From: Balanoglossus misakiensis
Taxonomy: Eukaryota; Animalia; Hemichordata
Direction of reading: 5' to 3'
NCBI GenBank assembly: GCA_040954595.2
Contig: CM082577.2
Coordinates: 17,501,500-17,565,499 of the forward strand
DNA length: 64,000 nt
Part shown: one piece after another, positions 51,466 through 64,000 of the stretch
Position numbering within the stretch: the first letter of the stretch is position 1
How the letters are laid out: every line of letters begins with the position of its first letter
Program-made: the position numbers and the translations under genes
Notes under the pieces: model-generated
What the model was told of the DNA's origin: nothing
Database searches by the model: none
Seen by the model: the letters and a program-made list of their open reading frames with translations, nothing else

Positions 51466-53234
51466 CTTGCTAATCAAATTGTCTGGTGTTTTCACGTGTA
51501 CAAATGAAGTTTATCTAATAATTATTCCATTAAAATTCAAAAGGGTGGCACACAGAATTGCAGTTTTGAGTGACAGTAACAGTACTTTCATTGTGAAAAG
51601 GTCAACAATTCTGTGAAATACAAGCTGTGGATGATACATCCTTACACACATTTTTTTCAAAATTCTGGAATAATGAATTGGTTGACAAACTTATCTGTGA
51701 TCCGAGTCTTCCTTGCAATGTAATGATTTGTGATTTACATGTAGATTGAGTTTGAATTAGTTTATAAAATTTCAGACTAATGATTATATTGTTCAAAGTG
51801 ACTTCATAAACTGCAAAAAAATTATTTGTTTTCAAGAGACATGGAGGTAATTCAAGCTGTGTGATTAAAATAACATTTACATTTTTACTGTACTTTGCGT
51901 GGGCAAATTTCCATTTAGTTTGTGGGAATTATTTTCTACATGTGGTCATAAATTGCCTGCTACTGTATGAATATTTGTGTGTTAAATTATGTCATTACAT
52001 TATTCCAGTATGAAAAAATAGAAGATTTATTTCCAGAAGCATTTTTGTATTTTTCGCAGTTTGTAACCGTGGTCAGGGTACGGTCATTACATTGTATCAA
52101 CCACAGTTCTTGTTTTACTCTTTGAAAAATGTTGAAATGTCTCGTATAATTGTCAACTCAGCTTGTGGTTTAATATCTGTTGACAATTGAAGTCCAGATA
52201 ATTATTCAACTGGCAAGAATAACAATATTTGTCAAGGGCAACAATTGTCTTATGCGCATGTGCCAAACCAGAGACTCTGGTTACAAAAATTGTATACATT
52301 CAATACCATAAGGCGGTGTACTGTCCTAACAATTGGGAAAAGACAGAAAAAGTGGGTGAAACGAAGGGACCAAACTAAAGTCGACTTATACAGTGTGTCA
52401 TAAAATATAAAAGTACGCAAAGGCAGTCCACTATTTGAATGCGTCAAACGCAAAATTTGGATTGGACTAATGTTTGTACGCACGAAATTACACAACATGT
52501 GCATAAGACAATCGTCGACCTTTAAGGCTAAATTACAGAAACTGAGCTGAAAAATCCCAAAGTTGCAAGTGTACCATAGCTTTATAGTAAAAGATGATTC
52601 TGGCTTCCATGGGTAAACTATGTTGATTGAAATACACTCAGGGAAAATAGCCACATCCGAATTTCTGACAATATTCATGACAGCTATATTCTGTGATTGG
52701 TGTCAGTGCATCACAACTGTCTTAAAGTTAAATGAATCGGTGTTACAAACTTTGCAAGTTATATTTCTGCCGATGATTGATCCATACTGGATGTATGTTT
52801 ATTTTTTTCACCAAAAAGGATTCTTCTATTATTGGATGGACTGCTAGTCGCTCTTCTTGAAAACACTTATCTGTAAATGTTTGTCATCTTTGTGCATGCT
52901 TGTGGTTGTAATTTATTTTCACACTCAGAAGTAAAAGCAAAGAGAGACATACTGCATACACAAGAAATATAATTAAATAATATAAGTAGTTGATAACATC
53001 AACTCAGTGATTATGTGATGATGGTCACAGGAATGTTCTATATTTCAGTTGATTCTTTCTCAAAATTTTGTATAACCTGGTGCATGTTTAGACCAGTACA
53101 AAGTTTATTGCAATGCATTGACATTTTTGACTCAGAAAATGTATTTTGAAGAGACTAAGATGGCAAGATGTTGTACCGGTACTGTAAATAAATTCTTAAA
53201 GTACCAATAAAAAATGAGGAAAATGTCACAGGAA

Positions 53235-55403
<2,169 letters not shown>

Positions 55404-58288
55404 GACTTTTAGACATTCCGGTACACGGAAGTATCCATGTCCACGCGTCCCAGCCAGTGGCGATTTAATTTTGTTAATTATCCAAGGCTTGTTTGACAAT
55501 ATGCTATGCGAAGCAGGAGAAGAAACTATAGCCGATTCACTGAACCAGAATGATGAAAAATGGCCAAAGGTTTCATGCTATTGTGATATATTAGATTTAA
55601 TAAGAACATCATAAAAAATCCTGCAAATAAATTATCAACGCATTTGATCAGTTATTCTGACGAGTGACTCTGACTCTCCACGTGACTAGAGTAAACTGCG
55701 TCTGTTACGTACCACTCAGTTCTGACGAGTCACTTTGAATTTCAACTTCAGGTTTAATAGAAACTCCAATTGCATCATTTGAACCACTTTGATCTGATGA
55801 GTGACTTTGAGTACCGAGTTCACTCAGGTCAATTGTTTGTTTTGTACAGCTGGGTAATTGTCAAAATAAGTTGAATGAGTACTCATCAATGTATTTTTTA
55901 AGTTGTACATATGGACAAGCAATTTGGCTTCTGATGCAATTAAAGAACTAACATTGTTAAATATATTAATACCATGGTGGCTAGGGCTGGTATACCAATT
56001 TCAAAAGGGTGGAATTCCACCATTAGAATCTTGTTGTAGAGCGTCTCTACATCATGGCGCTTCAGTGTTTTCAATTTTCTCTGTCTAGCTTTTCTTTTCT
56101 GTTGTTTTTCCGATCTGGCAGAGGTTTTCATTCTCCAAAATGATTTTTGTATCAGAGAGTTTCTTGGTGAGTTCCTTGCCATGTTCGAGTTCAACACAAC
56201 ACGTGCACCTTAGGTAGTAATTATTCACGTGATGGTTGAATGAATAGTGGTTGCATTGCAACTCCCCCCCCCCCCCCCCCCCCCCCCGCTACTGTCATGT
56301 ATTCTGGTTTCATCCTGAAAAATACATTGTTCCATCTCCTCAAGTTTCACAATGACTAACTTCAATCTCTGTGAGTTATAACCACTGTAGAATGGGGGAG
56401 CAATTTGCCTTCTCCAAGCAGTGTCGAACATATACCCATATATGACAAACTTTAATCCAGTGGATAATTGGGGGGGGGTCACATTGTAGAAAAGTAATTT
56501 CGTGTGGGGCGCCTTTTACATTTAGTCCGCGACTCAAATTCCACCGACCCCTCCCGTAAAAAAAACGATTGCTCCCTTACACCAGTGTAACTACAGACTA
56601 ACACCCAACATGCCTCATGCAGATTTACTTCATTTCATTTTAACCAACTTTGAGTTAGGGGCACTTGGTCTAAGTATAGGTAGTTCATCATGACTTTTGC
56701 AAACTGCTTTAAGTGTCATTTAAGAAAAACCGTAATTTTGATATTAATGCATATATGTACACGTCTACGCTCCGGAATCCTACTGGGGTTATTGCCTTGT
56801 AAGTATATGTTCAAATGGATAACATTCCTTGAGAGTTTACCTGCAATGGTTATGGGAGTGTCAAATATATATTTAGCAAAGTGTCATGGGAAGGGTCAGA
56901 TAACCGCCTAACCCTGCAACCTATGGCACGGATAGCAGACATAAGAGTGCCACATTATATTTGCTGCGCGTATTATAAATATGGTACTAATATATGAAAC
57001 ACCACATGTTACACTACACCTTTTGTTTTCCATGCGTAGTGAATCGATGCCATGAATCTAATTTCTAATAAAAACACGTTCGTATAGGACGACCAACCTC
57101 GATGTTAATATCTCCGTGAATTCTGGTTTTGAGTGATTTCCAGCGTGTAGCATGATTAGTTTTGTGTAAAATGTTTTAGTTCAGAAATAAAACTAACACA
57201 ACGTCATATTTGGTGATAGTATGATGATTTGTGTTTTATTCCGAAAGAGTGGATTAATATGTGGTGATGCTGTCGATGTTTTAAATCCGGCGAAATGCAA
57301 CAGCTGGTCTGTGAATATTTCATTTGTAGTCAACGTGTAGCTACGAATGAAGGTCTTTTGGAGGACGTAATGTTTGTAGCAGAAGTTGGAAATTGTCGAA
57401 CAAAATGAATTTGTCTGGATAAATAATGTTACCCCTGATCATCGAGGTACTCGGTAAGTGTGTAACTGGTCGGTCTTTTAAAAACATTAAGGTCTAGTTT
57501 GATTTAAAACTAAAATTGGAGGAAACGAAATCACAACAGTTCACTAATTTAAATAGCCTGATTCTAAGCAATGTTTTACTCGATCATGTGTGCTTTTCTT
57601 GAATCGTGATGCTTTATAATATATAGCCGAATGAAGATGAACCATTTTACATAATCATTTGACGTAACCGATTTACATGTTACCCATGTAGAACTTGTTT
57701 GGGAAGGTACTCTAGGCGTAAACGACAGGTTTGCGATTACAATCACGCATCCTATAATAACCGAGTCAATGGAGTGACCGAGTCAGTCCGCGTCATCATA
57801 TCTACATAATATTTACTGTCGAAGCTCTCTCTCTCTCTCTCTCTTCGCATTCCACAGATATTTTATTTGACATGGAATGATAGAATGCTAGATTTCGGTA
57901 GGCGACGATCATTCAATACAGCTAAGGCTCGACTGTTGTGCCACACGGCAAAATTTACAGCGAAGAATTTCGCCTACGATATATTGGCAGGTGCATGGCA
58001 ATATATTCGAGACTGTTTTTGTGAGACATAACAAATCACTGTTTACCATCGCGTGTGTGTTTGTTTGTTTGTTAAAACGCTTTATTGATTTGCATGCCTT
58101 GGAATTAATAACCATTTAAGAACTGAAGCCTGCCTTTATGAATCGATTGATCAATGAAAACTGTATACGTACGCTCTCATGACTCAAATCCGAAAAATCA
58201 AAATAATATAAAATGGATTCTGATAGGCAGATATCTATAGTTGTGGAATGTTCCATACTTTGTGAGGCCAGTAGTACAGAAATGACGT

Positions 58289-58399
<111 letters not shown>

Positions 58400-58508
58400 C
58401 TTTATACAGGATAAGAGATGTGTGTGTAATGTTGGTCCTTTGACATATTTTCATTCCTCCGTTTCAGATTCATCAGCAATATAACATTTGATATAAAGCC
58501 TGAAAATA

Positions 58509-60376
58509 ATGACTGCTTCTGGACACAATTATGGACATCCTAATTCTCACAATGGGTATAGAGATATTGGCGACAACATAGAAAACAGATATAGATTAGG
58601 TACATCTGTAGAATTTGGTGAAATCAACCCGACTGATAGTCAAATCCCAATCGAGGTGTCATTAACAGCACTCAGAATGCAGAAGGAAGCGTTGGAGAAA
58701 GAAGTTCGTCGGCTGGCAGATGAACAGGAAAGGGGTGCTCTTTTGAAGAAAATCAATGATTTGACATTCCAGAAAAAGAAACTAGAATCAGCTTTGAATC
58801 AGGCTCGACAGGCGCGCGCGGCAATAGCTGGACTTTTCGATATAACTAGATTCAATCCCAAGAAACAGGACTCGGGCGTTGAACCAAGTAGAAGTACTCC
58901 CCCACCAGACAGAGGTACTCCCCCACCAGAGAACCATTCTGTGGACATTGGCGGTAAGTTGCCAAGGAAACCGGTATACATTAGGAAGAACCCGCCATTT
59001 AATTACAGACGACGATGCAAATGGTTGCTAATGGGAATGATGTATAAGATGACCCGGATGAAAAGGTCGTTTTGTAGGGGAAATGGTTAGTTGTTTTTTT
59101 TTTACTTTTCATATTTAGTTTTCATATTTGTATAGGTCATACGAATATTTAAACTTAGTTGTGGCAGCTTATAGAAACAGACATTGCCTGTCTGTCTGTC
59201 TATCTGTCTGTCTGTCTGGGTGTGTATGTATGAGTGTGCGCGCGCGTGTGTAGTACCGATATTTATAAAATTCAATTGTCTGTGATTTTTTTGGCAAATT
59301 TGCTTTCTCAAAAACAGCTTTTATGATTTTACCCGGGTGTTTTCACCTAGATTTGTTCAAATACAGTTATGGCAAAATTACCATTTTGGACACAAAAAAT
59401 CTAATTAGAAACTGATTCTCTTGTTGCTTGCCCGGTCTCAATGTAAACATTTTGCACCATTACACCGATTTTTATTCAAAACTTTAAGAGGAAATATTCT
59501 AAACTTGCCTTGAGCAAAATATGACTCTGAGAAAGTATAAAAAATTAAATAAATCTTAGAGTTGCATATTGCGTAGAGAATGTCTTGGCCCTAAAAGTAC
59601 GTGTCAATTCTTACTTCACTAGGGCATAACGAAAGCTTATATTACGCCTTTTTTATTCTCAGGTAACGGCAGTTTGTTCAGTGGAAAGAGGGGAATCTCA
59701 CTCTGTGGATTGTTGATGTTGTCTCTTATGTTGGTGTACACTCAGATCCGTCTCATAAAACACGTGGAAACCCCGGGTCGAAGCACACTTCCAGGTGGGT
59801 TTGATCGTATCACTGAACAACATCTCTTGCACTAGAATTCGAAATGCCATCAGACACAAGTTAAGGCTCCGTTCAATTGATGGCGATTTCAAGTGCATCG
59901 TTTGTGTTGAAAGCAAAGTAATAATTATTTTAAATAGTATAATAGTGAGATGTTTGTGATTTGATTTTAATGATACTAATACGCGACACTTTCCACAAAT
60001 TTTGTTGCAGGAGACCGTTGCCATCTCCGATTTGGCCAAGTTCGTAGCCTGCCTCCAGTAGCATTGGCCAGTTTTCCGGGTTCAGGCAATACCTGGTTAA
60101 GGCACCTGATTGAACAGTCAACCGGATATTACACCGGAAACGTTAAAAGAAGTCCAGTACTGGAATCTGCAGGTACTAAATAAATAAATAAATGAATGAA
60201 TGAATGAATGAATGAATGAATGAATGAATGAATGAATGAATGAATGAATGAATGAATGAATGAATGAATGAATGAATGGATGGATGAATGAATGAATAAT
60301 TGAATGAATGAATGAATGAATGAATGAATGAATGAATGAATGAATGAATGAATGAATGAATGAATGAATAAATGAA

Positions 60377-60447
<71 letters not shown>

Positions 60448-61581
60448 ACCCTTCTCACTGAATCGTAAAGTTTATTCCACACAGTCATGTGTTTATTTTT
60501 CCTGTGCTGTCTACGCTAACCTAAACCTAACCTAAGGGTGTACTGTTGTTGAAAACCCGTGACAGGTTTCAAAGGTGAAGACGAGGACTGGCGAGCGGGA
60601 ACAACTATCGTTCAGAAGACACACGAATTCTCCAGAGATCTAGTCAGACGTTTCCATGCCAGCATTCTACTTATCAGGAATCCATACAAAGCTATGCTGG
60701 CGGAAGCCAGTCGAGAATATGCCGGCAAGACGGGATTCGCTCCAATGGACATTTACTACAATGAAAAGGGTATGTCAGAAGGTTCCATATTGTTTGAATA
60801 CATGTACCCGTATATACATTTTTCGATATAGAAAACTGGATTCGTTGATGTAATATATTACAGTTCAGTTTCGAACAATGTGTTATCTGATATGTGTTGC
60901 TACAAGCAAACTTTAGCGATCATTAGACTCTGCCAGATTCATTATTCTGTGGGAGCCCATTGTTGTAAAGCCCATCAATGTACGTTCCACGATAAGATGA
61001 GGCAGGGGAAATTGAACATTGTCCGTTTATTAATATAATTATTGATCAAGATTGATGTGTACTTTAATCGTCTTTCATCCGCAAACTTATTTCTTAATCT
61101 CCCATTGGTGTCCGACTAAAATTAAGTACCAGTATCTGCCAGTAGCTTTTTATTTGATGGATTTTGACCATTGTGTACGTTGAGTAATATTTCCATTTTA
61201 TTGTTCATTGCCCTTTCTATAGGCTGGGATTTATACGTCAAAAAGTATTCAAGTGAATGGGAGAGTCAGATAAGCCAATGGCTGCTGTTCCACGAAGGAC
61301 CCTTACTTCTTGTTCGCTTCGAAGACGTCAAAGACAACCCACTCTACGAACTGCGCAGAATCAACAACTTTTTAAACGTCACCTTTGCAGACCACCGAGT
61401 TGCCTGTGTCATAAAAAATATGGAGGGACAATTCCATCGACCAGAGGACGAGAAGAAATTTCTGGGATTTGATCCGTTCACACAAGAAATGCACATTAAT
61501 ATCGAAGAAAGAATCGAACGCGTTAATGATCTTTTAGATGTTAAAGGATTCAAGCACGTAGCTAGAGTATATCCTAACTAG
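58509..61581 (+). CDS. WSCD1/2-family (sialate O-sulfotransferase-like) type II membrane protein without WSC domains, 5 coding exons, ~433 aa
   Basis: Exons 58509-58953, 59663-59794, 60011-60172, 60566-60769, 61223-61581 (1302 nt, all phase-1 junctions). TM segment ISLCGLLMLSLMLVY, PAPS loop ALASFPGSGNTWLRHLIEQSTGYYTG, KTHE, ILLIRNPYKAMLAE, RFEDVK, CVIKNMEGQFHR, DPFT. The join to the first coding exon is less certain than the rest. Confidence 0.85.
60177..60448. repeat. (TAAA)n/(TGAA)n compound microsatellite in a WSCD-like intron
   Basis: Directly visible, immediately after the donor at 60173. Confidence 0.98.
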
Positions 61582-64000
61582 AACATATAGTCAATGTACA
61601 CCTGTAACTTCAAGGCATATGTCCTGTGGAACAAAAATAACATATAGAAATTTAAACTGTATTATTTAAGTGTTACCGGCCGGAGAACAATGCCAGTTTC
61701 ATTATGGTTTCATTACAAATTGGTATAAGCTTATACATGTAGGTCGAGTTGTGGGTGAGAAATGCTGCAGGTGAACAGGCATATGCAAGACTCCCATAAA
61801 CCAATGGAATGCAATGTCGCCTTGCACACGAAAACTAAAGAAAATGGATTTGTGCGGGATATATAAAACACCTTTCAAACGGGACAGTGCATTTTTGCAA
61901 AATAAGCGAAGACGACAAAGTTCGTAAACACTCACATTTTATCGATTAGCATCATCATTTTCGAATGAACCGGCACTTGTCAAAACTTGTTTTCAGTCGA
62001 TCCCTTTTGCTAACTGGGTTGGGCAATTAACAAACCGATGCTTCAGCTGCAGATATTTAGCAGGTTCCCCTTTTGTCGTCTTTGTAGAGTCCAATAATCC
62101 ATTAAAGCAATCTACCCGATCAAACTTTACTCAAATTAAATGGCTATTTCATGAGTGCAACGACGAAAAATTGTTCTTAACCTCAGAACTGACCCTCGCT
62201 TCTACAATAAATTTGGCTACGTAAAATCTCTTGACATTTTCCTATTCTATTATTGCGTTCAGCTAAATCTTGGGAAATTACCAAACTTGAGATCATTATC
62301 TGAGATTCAACTATTCCTGCTTTAAGTCTGCCATGTATTTCTTTTGTGCGGAGCTGTTTGAGTGGATTGGGGGGGGGGGGGGATACGTACAGTTATCCAG
62401 CTGTAGTTCCAGAATGTAACTGGCCTGGATGGTTGTCAAGCCTTACTGCGCAGACTAGTCTCTGTTGTGTTCACTTTGAACTACAGTGAATTTCGCACAT
62501 TAAATTTAAACAGTTCAGCATTAAATAGACAGAGAGAGAGAAACTATATTTTAATTCCCCAGCATGGACCACATCCAAGAATCAACGACGGTATTAATTC
62601 AAATACGGACATGGCCGAATGAATATTAAAACGTGTTCATTTTATAGATATGAAAGCTTCTTTTAAATTTATAAAGAATGTGTACACCGAAAAAGTAACA
62701 TCGCATTGAAATAGTGTCATATCACGTCACCAGAATAACTTATTTGCTGGGAAAGGTGGAATTCATGTTAACAATGGATCTATCCATGACAACATCGCAA
62801 TTGCTAGCTTTTGTCTGCAGCTAAAAGAATAGTATACCATAGCCTTATAATTTTATTGAAAATTTCCCGAATAACATTTACCATAATGAATTATTTTTGT
62901 TCTGTCGCGTTTTATTGTTTGCTTCACTTGAAGATATGCACTGGCCTATTATGTCTACCGGTATAAATATGGAATTTGCAAAGATGGCACGTTTATAATC
63001 TTCAACATTTTGTAATTTTCAGGTTTCACTTTTGCTCTACAAGTTGGGTTTTCCCTTTAGGCCTTGGCCCGATTCTATAATGACTGACGTGTACATTTTC
63101 TGTAAAATAATGACCGATGCGGAAAGTTTTGAAAGCGCATTGAGCCTATACTTTTTGCAGCGAACGCTCAAATCTGTTAGTTTTGATCGTCGACCTGCCG
63201 ACTAAGAGACATACTGATCATTGTCGTTGTTTGTTCCACATTTGAGCCCTGTTTATGTTGAAATATAATGGACTTTAAACATGACTGTGTTTAATGTATA
63301 TTTTTAATTGAAGCTCTCAAATCCCCCAGTGGGAAATAAAAGTAAAATAAAATGGCTCTATGGACTTTGGGTTAATTTTGTGAATTTCCCCGTTTTGAAC
63401 ATGCATTTTCGAATGAAATGCTAAAAATTGTGATGTTATGGAACAGAATGTGTCACTTATCATACGATCTCAATAGATCATCAAGGCCTACATGTACACC
63501 ACAATAAAGTTCAGATTTTACATTTAAAAAAAACAGAACTAATAAACAAAAACAAACAAACAAACACAATGAATGTCAAATGACGACCTTTGTACATCAT
63601 TTACAATATGAACATATAGTGTGATTTGGTGGAATGTTGTTGAAAACACCAGAAAACTGAATATGTAAAGAGGAATTAAATCACCTACCTAACTGCTTGA
63701 AACATTTCATTGATTTTGCAAGTGCTAGCAAACATATGTCACCTCCAACATCTAATTGTGTTTGTGGATTCGGTCCATTACTGGCTAAAACTCTACGATT
63801 ATCTTTTTGATGACTTGTCCATAATTTATCACAATATAGCCTACTCAACACTGTGAAGCAATAGGCCTACATGTTAGGCCTAAACGTGATCCTGCTTTTG
63901 ATGTGCTAGGCTTGTCGAATGAGGGCGCTTGAAAAAATTGTGAGTGGAATACAGAAATAGGCATGTTTACAAATTCTCGTAACCGCCAAAAAAATAAAAA

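Noticed and set aside
55655-55830. CTGAYGAG motifs as hammerhead ribozyme cores or CRISPR repeats
   Set aside because: No stem II closing onto a GAAA could be formed; only three degenerate copies.
61582-64000. Possible further gene at the window end
   Set aside because: No convincing exons or motifs; appears to be UTR, intergenic DNA and repeat fragments.

Overview
AT-rich, intron-rich eukaryotic (metazoan) genomic DNA. Gene structure and repeat content suggest a marine invertebrate deuterostome such as a hemichordate or echinoderm; this is inference only. By splicing exons manually I reconstruct five intact genes and one pseudogene, arranged as three head-to-head pairs: MSTO1/misato (-, 13 exons) with ARL16 (+, 5 exons); a PLPP6/7-type lipid phosphatase (-, 2 exons) with TECPR1 (+, 23 coding exons); and a disrupted WSCD-family sulfotransferase-like pseudogene (-) with an intact WSCD-family gene (+) that lacks WSC domains and has a coiled-coil N-terminus. 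Notable points: an AT-AC (U12) intron in ARL16; a GC-AG intron in MSTO1; a 5.27-kb Academ-like foldback transposon with ~1.5-kb near-perfect inverted arms in ARL16 intron 3; a TECPR1 splice donor quadruplicated in tandem; a piggyBac deletion derivative; several MITE and HINE-like families; and three unrelated hairpin-ended elements sharing one architecture. There are no prokaryotic features, CRISPR arrays or recognisable RNA genes. Most ORFs in the supplied track are spurious or partial exons. Family assignments come from remembered motifs, not database searches.
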